From the NCBI RefSeq assembly GCF_009914755.1, contig NC_060942.1: a stretch of 64,000 nt of DNA; one strand, given 5' to 3'. Shown one piece after another: positions 12,691 to 29,079 of this stretch. The DNA is from the human T2T-CHM13v2.0 reference genome, Homo sapiens. The notes under the pieces are model-generated. The model did no database searches. It was not told the origin of the DNA and saw nothing but the letters and a program-made list of their open reading frames with translations. The first letter of the stretch is position 1. The number at the start of each line of letters is the position of its first letter. The translations under genes and the position numbers were made by a program.

Positions 12691-15171
12691 CTGGCTTCTG
12701 TGTCCACTCCTCCCAGGAGATGGCAGAGCTCTCAGCAGGGGCCCTGCCATTCCTCTTCCCTTGCCCTTGGTAATGCTGATGACCAAGGAGTGACACTCAC
12801 CTTCCAGGGTGACAGCACGACCCCAAATGCCAGTGCTCCCCACCCTGATGTGGAGCCAAACCAAATGGTGCCTTCAGATAAGGTGACAGAGTGGACAACA
12901 GTGATCACAGGAGAGAGAAAGGGGAGCTTTATATACTGGGCCAGCCTGGCCTTCTAGGGATTTCTATACATGGATGTGATTATTAGCTGCAATTACTGCA
13001 ATCAGCTTTGTTTTGCTCAAATTTTATACACCAAACACCTCATCTTAACATAAAGCAATCTTTAAGAGGTCCGGATGGGAAAGTGCAAACACGAATTAGA
13101 CACATGGGCCAGCAGTGGACGGCTGCTCTGTGGTCATTTCAATCCTCACCCGCTGAGGAGCCACCATCCCCTTACATCTGTGGGGCAGGAGGAGCACACA
13201 TCGTGTGTCCGAGTGTTTTAATGTTGTGCAGCCACTGACAAGTCTTAAAATATACCCCATCCACCTGCCTTGACAAATGGCCAGAAAGGTCACTTTTGAA
13301 GTTAGGATTTTCAGATTCATCAAAGTTCTGTGCCAGATGGTGGTGGCATTGGAAGAGTCAGCTCCCAGCTCCCCGCTTCCCTTCTCAGCGCCAGTCCACT
13401 CACATGCAGGGTCCAAGTGCACTCAGGAAGACCCTACCTGCAGACCCCACCTGCTCATCCAGGGTGTCCAACTCTCTGAAGACCACCAGCCCTCGGCTAC
13501 TCTTTCGGCCCTGATGTGCACCCCCCAGAGCCTGGTGACCCTCAGGAGGATGAGCTGGGGAGACCCAGACCTACAGGCAGGATTGGGCTGTGTGTGGGGG
13601 TACTAGGGTTTGGAGGGGTACAGGCTCCAGGTGGGCACATCCTTGGCCCATGGGGAAGCCCACAGCCAGTGGACCAGACGGGGTCCTCCGAGTGGGCAGG
13701 ACCTCTAGTCGAGGCCTAAGGGAAGCGTTGCTCATGAATTATATCAATAGGAAAGTAAGATTCCGCAAGGATAAGTAATTTACTCAAAACGATGCAGCTA
13801 GCAAGCAGGAGGGCCAGGTTTCCAACCGCGGTCTCCAAGCCTCCCAAGCCTTCCTTTCTGCCCAAGAGTGACTTCAGATTTTCAGTACAACAGATGTCTT
13901 CCGGAAAGAGAAGGTGTTTTTCATTCTGTCCCTGCTTTATAGTATCAAAGATGCCTTACCTTTATTTTAAAACAATACTTTCAGATTTAGTGATTCCAAC
14001 TTACAGTTAGGAGTACAGAGTCTTAAAAAATCAAATCAAAGACTTAGAAGCCACGGAAAATATGAAAACAATTCACAATTTAGTTTCAACTCAAAACCTT
14101 GAATGTTTCTGTGAGCCAGGCTATGTGCTGAGGCCTTGGACTGATGAGCTAACAAATAAAAAGCAATTTTTTAAATATTTTGCAAGAAAAACATTCAGGC
14201 AGGCTGATGTCAAAATTAAGTGTGTAGTGCATAACCTCACTCAATATACACTATCAATGCTTGAAACTTATGTTGTGATTTCACAGTGTGGCCAGGCCAT
14301 GGAGAAAGGATGTGGGGACAGGTGTGTGAGGCGGTGGCGGGCAGAGGCAGCCAGTCAGAACAAGCTCCTGCCATGAGCTAGTGCTCTTCACATATTCTAC
14401 TTAAATTACCCTTACAAGAATGTTGAAAAACACCTTCAGTTGCCCTTTAAAATTTTCATAATGAGTTTAAATATTTACAAAGGGCATCGTTATGCAACAT
14501 TTGAAATATTGACATTTTAAAATAAAGCTGAAATATCACTCTTTAAAATTTGCTAAGTGGAATTTAAATATCAATGCAATTTGCCATTACCCTTTTGTAA
14601 TAGATGCAGAAACACTCTTAGTAGAAAGAAATTGTACATTGTTCCTTTTTCTCCTTGACCTCATAGGTCTATTTCTTCTCCCCAGTTTTATCCTAATGAA
14701 AAATATTATGACAGTCTTTTGCCTCCCAATCACATTGTCTATAATGGAAATGTACACATACCAGTGAAATTAAACATTTGATTTTGATTTTCTGTGGACC
14801 CATATCACAAGATGATTTCATGTATCTGACCAGTCTCCCAGGGCACTCCTGAGGGAGGGAGGCCTTCATCAAAGACAGTGAAAGCATGGTAGAACAGATA
14901 TTGCTCAATGCAATGTCATCACCCCTGCTGCTGACTGTCCATGTGAACTCCAACCACCCTCCAGAAGGCTAAATCGCCCCGTTCCTACTCTATGATTCAC
15001 CGTCAGCAGAGCACACGCCAGACAAGGAAAGCACAAAGCCTGACTTGGGGTGGGGTACCTTGATTAAAGAAGTGTCTCTATTACAGAGACTCACGACCCC
15101 ACTATGTACCATGTTTGACAGTAGCTTTCACATCCAATATTAAAATTCAGGATGGGTGAGAAATAGGTCTC

Positions 15172-15428
15172 TGTCACAGATGGAATGTCTCCCCCAAATT
15201 CCCATATGGAAACCCTGTCCCCTAATGTGCAGGTATGAGGAGGTGGGGTAGTATCGTGTCATCATAAGAGTCCCGAGACAGCTTGCTTCCTCTCCCTACC
15301 ATGTGAGTACGCCGAATCTGCTGGCACCTTAATCTTGGACTTCCAGCCTCTAGAACTGTGAGAAGCAAATGTTTGCTTTTTAAGCCACCCAGTCCAAGGT
15401 ATTTTGTTGCAGTGGCCTGAGCTAAGAT
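15172..15428 (+). mobile_element. MaLR LTR (MLT1A/MST-like) fragment
   Basis: TCTTGGACTTCCAGCCTCTAGAACTGTGAGAA...TTTAAGCCACCCAGT...GGTATTTTGTT. Confidence 0.8.
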
Positions 15429-15528
15429 CGCCTCTTTCCTGAAAAGTGGGAGAAGAGGAATTGAGTTGAAAGAGAGTAAAGGAAGAAGCGCAGGCATAAA
15501 CATCAGGTCACTTTGAGAAAAGAATGTG

Positions 15529-16098
15529 CTGTGGGTTGACCTACGTCCCCCAAAAACATATGTTGAAGTCCTAACCCCAGCACCTCAGTGTGACTATTTG
15601 GAAACAGGATCATGAAGATGTAATTAGTTAAGATGAAGTCATGCTGGGGTAGGTAATCCAATGTGTCCTTATGACAGAGACACAAAGGGAGAAAAATGTC
15701 AGTGACAATAGAGGCAGAGCCCTGGGTGACGCAGCCGGAAGCCAAGGACTGCGAGGTGAGGACTACAAGGTGGGGACCGCCAGGTGAGGACCACATCGAG
15801 GACCACCAGGCGAGGACTATGAGGTGAGGACTGTGAAGTGAGGACCACCAGGTGAGGACTGTCAGGTGAGGACCGCCAGGTGAGGACTGTCAGGTGAGGA
15901 CCGCCAGGTGAGGACTGCTGGCCACCAGTGGCAGCTGGAAGAGGTGAGGAAGGATTCCACCCAGAGTGTCGGAGGTCGAGTGGCCCAGCTGAAACCTTCA
16001 TTTACAACGTCTGGCCTCTAAATTATGAGAACACATTTCTGTCGTTCTAAGCCACCCAGTTGTGGTGTACTTGGTTACAGCAGCCTAGGGAAACTCCC
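15529..16098 (+). mobile_element. MaLR LTR (MLT1B/C-like) containing an internal minisatellite
   Basis: ATATGTTGAAGTCCTAACCCC start region; TAAGCCACCCAGTT...GTTACAGCAGCC end region. Confidence 0.82.
15745..15918 (+). repeat. 14-bp minisatellite (CAGGTGAGGACYGY) x about 12
   Basis: CAGGTG at 15849, 15863, 15877, 15891, 15905; units alternate ...CTGT and ...CCGC. Confidence 0.95.
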
Positions 16099-16315
16099 AC
16101 AATCTAGGTAGAAGCTGAGGATCCGGACGCCATCTGTGTCTGCACACCTCTCAGAAAGGCTACGCTGCTAAGGAGAATCTGCTTCCAGAACTTCCACTTG
16201 CCTTCATCTAGACACCTCCAGAGGAAGGGAGATGCCTGTTCCAACCAGAGCCCTAATCATCAACTCAAACCCAGGAGGTGAGCAACTGACACACGTGCAC
16301 CCAATACAGTCCCTG

Positions 16316-17163
<848 letters not shown>

Positions 17164-17626
17164 AGCAGCAGATGAAAAGAAAGGGCAGCCTCTGAAGTCT
17201 CTCACCTCTCTGAAGGGAAAGCAATAGAGAAAAAAGTGTCAAATATCTTTCCTTGAGAGTCTGGCTGCACAAACTGTAAATGTTAAAATTAGGAAGTAAA
17301 CTCTCCTTTACTCCACATGTTGTTCCCAAAACACATGAAGAAACATTGCCAGCCACAGCAGCAAATTGCTGAGTCACTGATAAAAATGTCAAAGTTCAAC
17401 TGTTATGTTTCTTAACGATATACAGATGCTATTACTCAACATCTTAAAAATGATTTACAAGTTAACCCTTTAATGTCATCTAAGGTACGACTGACCCACT
17501 TCGATTCACTTCATAGTTGATTTAGGAGCAATGTTTTAAAAACTACTAAAATGTGAAGCTTTATAGCTAAAAATCACAACCAAAAATATTGAAATATTTA
17601 CATAGGTCCCTTAACAAGTGTTGTAA

Positions 17627-17632
17627 TTTATT
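17627..17632 (-). terminator. First canonical AATAAA downstream of the CYB5A stop (candidate intermediate poly(A) signal)
   Basis: tttatt on the plus strand. Confidence 0.35.
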
Positions 17633-18200
17633 TTGAAATAGAAACTACTTGTCAACTTTCAGTGACTAAAGAAGGCAAAGGCGGTGCATCCTATTTGATT
17701 ATAAAGGTTGTACTCTGTAAGAACAACACAATTCCTTTCCACTGCACGCGGTCACTTCTGAAGAACCTCGTGGTTTGTCAGCTCATGCCAGTGCAAATGC
17801 AGTCACAGCCAATGACACATGTACTGGGTTCTAACAAATTCAGCTTTCAAGTTTCCACATTTAAAAGAATAACACATAAGGCAGAGAATAATAAATGGGA
17901 AGTAAGATGACTGAATCAGCCCCTTAGAGCCCCCAGGAGGAGACAGAGCCACACCAGAACTCTTCAGAGCTTGACACTAGCCGCTAAATTTCTTCAAAGA
18001 TCAGATTCCAATGTCCCACAATCTCCTTACAAATTAGAAAACCAGCCTTTCCTTAGAAGAGTTTACAAACAATTCTACTCTCTGAATGAGGAATTCTTAA
18101 AACTTTAGAACCTATGAAGCTGTGAGTGCCTTTGCAATGATACGTGTAAGCTGAGAGAATGGACAGTTGCGATGCCCTCTCATGGTTCATGTGTTTTTAA

Positions 18201-18569
<369 letters not shown>

Positions 18570-18824
18570 TAAGATCTATTTCAAGTAGAACAATTATTAG
18601 AAATCCTTAAACTATAATTTCTGGCCTTTCTTAATTTCCTTGAAAAAAAGAAACTATATCGGAAGCATACAATACATGGTTACTCAATGAGATGTGACGA
18701 TGTGAAAGGAGACACTCAAACCTATTTCCCGCACCTCCAGTCATATGGCCTCTGTGGGTCTGGATGAGTAACACATTGAAGGAATCCTCTAAATAACCAG
18801 ATTCTAAACATTAAAGACAATTAT

Positions 18825-18871
18825 ACACCAAACAGGCAAACACGGTGCATACTTTAAAAGCCAAATATATT
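18825..18871 (-). terminator. Probable proximal CYB5A poly(A) site: variant hexamer AATATA (18866-18871) plus downstream GU-rich element
   Basis: No AATAAA seen on the minus strand between the stop codon and 17632; AATATA is followed about 20 nt later by ACCGTGTTTGCCTGTTTGGTGT. Confidence 0.6.
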
Positions 18872-19137
18872 TTTAAAAGATCATGCTTATAATAAGTAAA
18901 TTACACATTAAGGAAACATCAAAATAAAGTAGATGAATAAAAAGGCACACTCGAAAAATTTGAGCGCAGAAAGGACAGTTCTTTTTGTTTTGTTTCTAAT
19001 GTCGGAAGAAAAAGAAAGAGATATATTAAAATCATTGTTTTCAAGTGAAGGTTTCTGTCAGTTGAAGTAGTTAGCAATGGCTTCTTTTCTCCCGTGTCCA
19101 AAGCAGGCTCTTCCTGCGCTGACTTCTGAGGAGGTGT

Positions 19138-19219
19138 TCAGTCCTCTGCCATGTATAGGCGATACATCAAGGCGACGGCCACTGCAGAGATGGCAGGGAT
19201 CACCCAGTTGGTCCACCAA
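19138..19219 (-). CDS. CYB5A: CYB5A last exon, coding part (82 nt; tail-anchor [26 protein letters not shown])
   Basis: Acceptor tttttgtgtctttctag|T TGG TGG; stop TGA at 19138-19140. Confidence 0.99.
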
Positions 19220-19450
19220 CTAGAAAGACACAAAAAGCAATGATGCTGACATGATGTGCACTGTGGTGGACTCAAAATCTTTGCCCCTTCTAACAGAAAA
19301 TTACCAGGGCATGTTTTTCTTAACTCTGTAATGAATTTTGCTGAAAAGGCAACGTGGATTTGCTAAAAGTGACATGAGTGTAACACATGCCCTGCTATAC
19401 TAGGAATCACTCTGCCCTGCTGGCTTTATGAGAAAACTCATGCCCCACTT

Positions 19451-19814
<364 letters not shown>

Positions 19815-19895
19815 TTAACACTGCCATTAACACCACAGCTTTAAGCTTAGGTTTGGAAAATCTAATCTTTACTACCTGTGCTGAAGTGGATTTAA

Positions 19896-20372
<477 letters not shown>

Positions 20373-21293
20373 TCTATTTGAATCTTTAAATTAGATTTGA
20401 ATCTTTAGATTTTGATCTTTGACTTAATTTCTTAGAAAAATGGAAATTAATGTGTAGGCTTTAGAAATAGACTTGGTATACATATGTGTTTCATAGGGAC
20501 TACAAGTATAATCCTTTCATAAGGATTACAAGTGAAACTTTCATAAGAATTACAAGTGTAACTTTTGTCTTAGTGGGGTTTGGTGGGGTTTTTCAATTTC
20601 ACTTTAGAAAGAAACTGGCTTGTTAATGAAGAGTAAGGTGAAATACTGCCTGCAGGCAGGGAATATTCCAGAACACCAACGGACTGAGGCAGTTAAATTT
20701 GACAGGATGAAATACAAATGTGTGGTTTTGAGCTTGGGTCCAAAAAAGTGGCTACTACTGAAGTCAATATGGTAGAGCTGCCAAAGATGTTAATGTGCAC
20801 TTGGACTATCATAAACAAATCTGGTGCCTAGAACAATTGAGTCGTGCTACACATAGATTACCAGCTTCAACTTTAAAGCTAATAAAAATGACAAAGGAAA
20901 ACTGACCCATGTTTAGGGAAATGTAATCACTAGAGTTTAAGAAACAGACATGGATTGAAAGGAAGGAAATGTCTGCTTGGATGAGCCAGGGAGGTGCTGT
21001 GGGACTGGCCGCCTAAGATGCTGCCCTGGGGGAAAAGGAAATGCAATTGTTCTGTTTGTTCCTTGGGGTGGATGCAGCCAGCCAGCTAGATCACGTGGCT
21101 GTGGACAGTGTTCACAGTCGGCTACCTGAAAGTTTGAGGCTGAGTGCTCTGAACAGTCTGGCCTTCAGCAGAAGGTTGCTGAGACAGCACAGTGTCAGGC
21201 CCAGGAACCCAGAAGGTGGGGGACGCACCTTGTCCAACCTGGACCCATGAGCCCTCCCACCCACTACTGCTTTAAAAGAAAGCTACCACATAC

Positions 21294-21328
21294 CTGGAAC
21301 TAGAATCAATAGTAGTGATAAGAGTTTC
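21294..21328 (-). CDS. CYB5A: CYB5A 35-nt exon (ETLITTIDSSS, linker)
   Basis: Acceptor gtgtttcag|GAA, donor CCAG|gtatgt. Confidence 0.97.
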
Positions 21329-22382
21329 CTGAAACACGAGAGGAAAAAGTAAAGTAAGTTCAAGGGAATGCTGAACTTATTTCATTGACTAAAATCCTGT
21401 TTGAAAATAAGAACACAATATTTTATGCAATGCATTCTTCAGAAGATGTCGAAAGGGAAAATTATAAACTTCTTTTCACTAAAATGCCTAACTTTGTTTT
21501 CTTCCAGAGTAAAACATTTTAATCATTATATTTACTTAAGGACATAACCTCAATAATTTAAAAACATTCAAAATTAATATGCTACATAAAATATCTTGCA
21601 CACGCTAGGCATCTAAATAATGCAGAAACTGAAAACAGACATTCATGTTCACATACACACAATCCCACGTCACCTTTAGAAAAAGCAGTTTAATTCTTCA
21701 AAAGCATGAACACAATGTTCAATAAAAACATCAGTTATTTCATTCAAATCTGACAGATGTAAAAAAGTGTACCTAAATTACATTAAATATATGTGAACCA
21801 AAAAGAAAAAAGAGGACTGCCATTTTAAGTTCTACATTCTAGGCCAACTTTCCCGGGGGGCTGCTTTAATTCTGACCAGACGGAACCAGCAAGACACCAG
21901 ACCAGCCTCACAGGACTGCTGTGCCCGGCGTCACACTTGTCACCAGCTGGTCACTGTCAGCCTAACAGCAAATCCCCAGATAAGGAAGCCCTGTTTTTAT
22001 CCTCCAGAGCTTTCTGGGAGCAGCTCTTTTGAGTAGCACTAAAGTGAATGGACAATGGTTCTGGAAAAACGCATACTTCTCCAACAGCTGAAAAGCTAAG
22101 GTCTAGTGAAATATCAACTTTTTGGGGCTTGAAAATGGGTTAAGAAGCATTCTTTTGATGTTCCACACCAACATAAGCATTAGGGCCTCAAACAGAAGTT
22201 GCCATAAATAAGACAGCTTCAGATCTGCAGTTTCCCAAAGCAAAGATAAAAAGCATTAGCAAAACAATCAGCGGCCTGCAGTAAGGCAAGCATCACTCTG
22301 CAAAGCACGTTAGAGAAACTCCCGTGAAAAGACAGACCCCTTTCAGGGAAAAGCAAGCAAAGCAGTTATGAGACCCACCAAC

Positions 22383-22406
22383 CTTGAAACACCGCCTTTA
22401 AGGTTC
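22383..22406 (-). CDS. CYB5A: CYB5A alternative 24-nt exon (Glu-Pro-stop; coding part 22398-22406) producing the soluble 98-aa erythrocyte isoform
   Basis: Minus strand: cttttttcccctactgtgtcag|GAA CCT TAA AGGCGGTGTTTCAAG|gttggt; gives the C-terminus ...KPPEP known for soluble cytochrome b5. Confidence 0.93.
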
Positions 22407-23177
22407 CTGACACAGTAGGGGAAAAAAGGTAAGTCATTTAAAAATAAAATTGCAAATTTATTATCTATTCCAGCAATTTTAAAATCTTAGCATCTATAAA
22501 AAGTATTCATAACTACAGCAAGAGGATTTTCCAAATTGTGTATATATGAATAAAATTAACAAAAATTACTAGAAATAATCAAAATATACAAAAATATTAG
22601 TTAGCTATTAGAGGACACAATCAGTTCTGAAACAAAAGAATCACTGAAGGTAAAATATGATTGTCAAACTAGAAAGTTAAGTTTGAAACAGCCAACGGAA
22701 GGCAAACACAAACATCCACGGCGTCGTTAAAATGAGGGCAGGCATTTCACCAACGTGCTGACAACTCTGGAACCTCCCACCTGCCCTCCTGCTGCCTTTG
22801 TGGTTACCATGGGAGAGCACTAAGGTTAAAACACTACTCTGGCACCAGCATCATCAGCAACAGCCATGAACTCTAAAGAGGGGAACTTGAAATAATCGTA
22901 TCACCTTTTGATTGTTGATTATCTTCTTGGCTCTGTAGCCCAGGATGCTTGACAGTTAAAGGAAGTTTGAATTACCACTTTGCACTTTGACGGAAAAGTA
23001 ATTGGTCTTTAGTGGTCAGTGCTCTGAGGGCCTCACTTGGGTTTAGGGACGTGACTATCAAAGAATGTCAGCAATGAACAAGGAGAAAGAATATGGTTTT
23101 TATGATTGGCTCTGCCACCTGTTCACTCCATGACTTCGAGGTTCAACTTCAGTAAAAAGAGGTTAACAATTAAATCA

Positions 23178-23477
<300 letters not shown>

Positions 23478-24414
23478 TAAAATAAGTATGTCATGCATAA
23501 TGACTTATAAAAGTCATGTGAATCAGTGTAAATTACAGTAAGCTCCATAAATTATGAAAAGCATGCAAAGCCCAACAAGCTTTTGTGAATCAGAGTCATC
23601 TCATTTATAAGTTCATCTAACGTAAACTTTAGTGGGAAGCCTATCTCCCTTAAAATACTGACAGAGTGATGTCTAACACGGCAAGCCCAGAACCTAGAGG
23701 AGAAGCTTAAGGGACTGCAACTGACCAGCCTGAGATGGGTGCTAGATGGTTCTGGAGCACGTCTGTGAGCCGGGTGCTTAACACTTCCCAGCTGCAATGT
23801 ACCTACCTCCCTTGGCAGGTCTAACATGGAGACACTGTGAGGACCAAATAACTTCTACAAGAATGCTTTCAAAACTATAACCAAGAAGGGGTATTGCTAC
23901 GACTAATATTCTCTATGTAAGCAAATGTGATAGAAACATTTATGTTAGATTAAAATGCATGATTTCTAAGTCTACAAATATCTTAATTTGGTAACTTAAC
24001 ACTATGCTTTCCTTAGGGCAGGTTCAAGCTAATAATCTTTACTGCATTTTATTTCACTATTCAACTAGATATTTTAAGCAGGCAACATCTCAAAACTTTA
24101 GACCACAGTGTACATTCTTCAACCTGGAGATCGGCCGATGGTTATACAGACACATGACAAAAGAAATCCCTAAGGACACTCTTTACATCCACTAAACCAA
24201 AAGCACAAGAAAGATACATCCAGAAAAATGCTCATGTATTTCCTTTCATTTCATCTGCTTATGGCCTCTCAAAAAGGCCAGCAAGTTCTTGTCCCACATT
24301 CTTCCGGTTCTGCTCTCACTGAAGCAAAGTCACAATAAAGAAGAGTTGTTTAAAAAATACTCAGAAGTTAGTTAATCTGTAAAATCTCTGAAGAGAGTAA
24401 AAACATCTACTTTA

Positions 24415-24717
<303 letters not shown>

Positions 24718-26466
24718 CTACTTTAAAAAGTTAGTGTGATTCTCAAACTTCAGTGAGACCTTCTACATCTAACAAGCTGATCAAGTATCAACTGCTAATG
24801 CTGGAATGAAGTAAGCCATGTCTTAACGCACAAAGGGCTGTGCCTCAATGTTGTCAGGAAAGCTTTCTTTGATACTAAAAGCTAAAGTCCCAGAATTTAC
24901 CACATAAACTTGCTCTGTTCCCAAAATATTCTCAGTATCAAAGTAACTGCCACTTTAAAATAGAAAATAAGAACAATAAATAGTAATGGGCAATTAATCC
25001 AACAGAGTATAGGCTGTAATACACGTGTTCTAAAAGCAAATAAGGAAGAAAGTCTTTGTCCTTTAAACTGAAAGTAGTTATGGCAGGAGACACATGTACA
25101 ATCTTACACCTACAAGTGTTTTCTGCTTGTAGTCTTTATGGTTAGCGAGACGGCTGGCCCTGCGGTCATCTAAGTTCATCTAATGAATCTTAAACCTTTG
25201 TTTTGCTATAGCTAAATGACTTATACCAAAATGATTAACATGCTGAACACATGATAAAAAAAATATATATTCTTCCCTTAAGAGACTTCAGAGAAAAAGG
25301 AAAAACTTTATGCAACACAGAATTTCAGCTGTCCAAAAAGTAGCCTCAAAAAAGATGCTAAAGTCAAATGAACTCACAGCAAGGATTCTAAGCAATTGTC
25401 ACAGAGGCCATTGAAATTCTGAAGTCAACTTTTTATCTCCTGGAAGTACTCATATCATTCACATTGAACTTAAGTCTTTCTTGAATAAGGAGAGAATATA
25501 AAAAAATTGCTTTGTACTAAATAGTATTACACAAGACTTTTATTGTACTATCAGGGATGTTGAGGTAAATGTGGCCTTTATGCTTATATTATTGGATTAA
25601 CTGCTTTGATCCTTTTGTAGATTAAAGATGATGTCTTGGCAGCAACAGCTCAAAAAATCAGCTCACCAGTTCTCGACACAAGCTCAGTGGGGTCTTGCTG
25701 TTGCACTTTCTCTAATGAAACCAAGAATTTACACCAAAACGAAAAATTATACTTTCTTTTTTGTCATTTGATTTAAGCAAAACTTTCCCCTGTAGTCCTT
25801 TAATTAGACACTAGAAACTATTTTGCCTACTTGTACTTTTCAGGAACTTAGGCTGTGCTCTTCCATTCTCACCCTACATTTATCTTCAAATATAAGTGAG
25901 ATGGTCAGTTCAGAGAGAAAGGCTAGTGAATCAGAACATAAAACTAGTATTGCCAGAGTTATTTTCCTTTCCCAAGGAAAAGTAAGTCAAAAGGGTATTA
26001 TTTAATTTCATTAAATTCATCTGACAAGTATTTATTGAACACCTACTATGCCCAAGAGACTTAAAGATGAAGAAGACATGAGACACACCCTTAAAGATTT
26101 AAGTAATAAAACCACTATCCATTCAGATTTTAAGTTCTCTGAAAATAAGGCTTGTGTCAAATCTTTTAGATCAGAAGCACGTGCTACCATAAAAAGTAGC
26201 TCTTCAAATGGTATATATTGATAATTATGATGAAAAAAGTAGTTTACTGACAGCCTTAAAAAAATTACACACACGCCATCCTAACAAATCATACTGACAG
26301 GTTTCCGTAAATAAAAAATACTTGCTGAGCCAGTAGGTTACATATTCATTTATCTAGAAAGACCTGTGCTGGCATCAGTCAGGTAAATAAAAACCCTCTG
26401 CCTTCAGTTTGACAAGTATTAAATACAACGAGAACATCCAGAGATACTTGAGATGGTCACACTTAC

Positions 26467-26496
26467 CGGAGGCTTGTTTAACTTTGGTCTGTCATC
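26467..26496 (-). CDS. CYB5A: CYB5A exon 3 (30 nt; DDRPKLNKPP)
   Basis: Acceptor TCTTTTCATTGCAG|GAT, donor CCG|GTAAGT; phase 0-0. Confidence 0.97.
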
Positions 26497-27722
26497 CTGC
26501 AATGAAAAGATAAGGCACATTATGGAATTTAAAAATCTATGAAAGTACCACTTCCAAAATGCTGACTTTGAGACTTTTTAAAATTATAATTCAGTAATTA
26601 CCATTTCAGATTCAACATTTAGCTATTAAACACAAAGTTTGATCCATCTGATTTAACAGCAAAAATTAGTAGCAGATTAAGTGCCAAGAGATATTTTCTA
26701 TCTAGAGTTCCAAAGTTTCGAACAGCACCCATGACAGCTCTCTGTACATGCTGATGTGCACACACATTTATTAGACTCAGATTGCGACACGTAATTCAGG
26801 GAGGAGCTGAAGACTGATTCTTCCCTTCTGTCCTCTCAAATTCCATTTGAGATTGTGCATGTATCTCTTACGTGTATGATATCTTCAGTTAAGCCCTGCA
26901 GTCTCCCAGTTTTAGAGTCATAAACTATTTCAACTTCAGGCTGAAGCTGTCAAAAATACAGTGTGTTTAAAGGCTGGCCAGGGGGAAGCCCAGTGGGCAG
27001 GTGAAGCAGAAGTGCCACAGTCAGGGCCTGAAACCTAACCCACAGCTGGAAACAAGGATGGGATCAGGCATGTGTAACGGCAGGCCTCCCTGATGACCCT
27101 AAGACACTTTGCCTTTGTGAAGTATGGGATGAAAATATCGGGGCAAATAAACTTGTCAGATGAATGAAGCTTACTCCCTCAAAGTACATATCTCCTACCA
27201 CCAAAAACAAAATCAAACAAACCTCCCAACTCAATGAAGTTGTTCTCAAATGGATTTCCTACTTTCGAGCCTTCTACAAAGAACCTAATGTAACCTCTTC
27301 TTCATTCACAGTCATTACAGGGATCATCAGTGGTATACGATAAGACTTTTCCTATATTCTTTAAGAGTTTCTCAGTTTGCTCACTTAGAATGAGGCTATT
27401 TGCCTCTCCATTTTTTTCTTACGAGAGCAGAGCGGGCTCCTAGCAGGTCTTTGTCCCCTTCTGGCGGGCTGCTAACCATGCACCACAAGTGGGAAGGCAG
27501 GACGGAGCCAGGCACTCCCAGAGGTGGACAGGGCAGCTGAGTGTGCGGCCCCAGGATCCACTCCAGAAGCTCAGAGCGCTCTGCAACTTCTTTCCAAGTT
27601 TTCAGCGATTTTCCTGATAACTTAGGTTGACAGACTAGTAACATTTAACATGGTCATTTACAACTGCCACAGAGGGGTCTAAAACCGTAACACAGCACAG
27701 TGTTTATAGAAAAGCCAAATTA

Positions 27723-28066
<344 letters not shown>

Positions 28067-28421
28067 TCAATGAATTGGTCCAGAGCTGATATTCTCGAAG
28101 GTCTGGGGTACAGTGAGTAGAATATGGACAATGTGCTAGTTCTACAGAAGGCAGAGCTTATTCATTTCACATAGCTCCATTTTTATATTTTTTAAATCAT
28201 TTTTTAGAACTAAAATATCCTTGGCCTAATGAAAGTAGAAGTGGGGTTCTTAATAAAAATATTTTGGTCAGAAAAGGAAAGAAAGCAATGCTGGGTTGAT
28301 TCTCCCCACCTTGTAAAACGTGCTGCCCCATGGAATTTCTAGGACTGAGCAGACTCCCCAGTGCATGGCTGTGGGGTGGAGCCTGCTGATTAAAACGAAG
28401 TGCCAGTAAACAATGCAACCA

Positions 28422-28718
<297 letters not shown>

Positions 28719-28866
28719 GCAACAGTGAAATGCAAAGACATTTTTGGTCAATTTATTTATAACAAAAAATGGTGTCCTAAAATCAGGAGTTGTTTTTGCT
28801 TTACTCCTTTTAAAATGTGTATACATGCAAGCTTACAGACTAGGGTAAGGTCATCTGATAGCCTTA

Positions 28867-29079
<213 letters not shown>

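Noticed and set aside
12161-12957. Long ORFs (201 and 244 aa Pro-rich; Gly-rich on the minus strand)
   Set aside because: Translations of the C-rich tandem repeat, which rarely contains stop codons; no gene structure seen
18923-18941. Two AATAAA hexamers in the CYB5A 3' UTR region
   Set aside because: They are on the plus strand, antisense to CYB5A; in the mRNA they read as U-rich sequence, and I see no plus-strand gene to use them
20498-20566. Three degenerate repeats of about 24 bp (TTTCATAAGRATTACAAGTG) in the last intron
   Set aside because: Small slippage-type duplication with no motif or positional significance I can support
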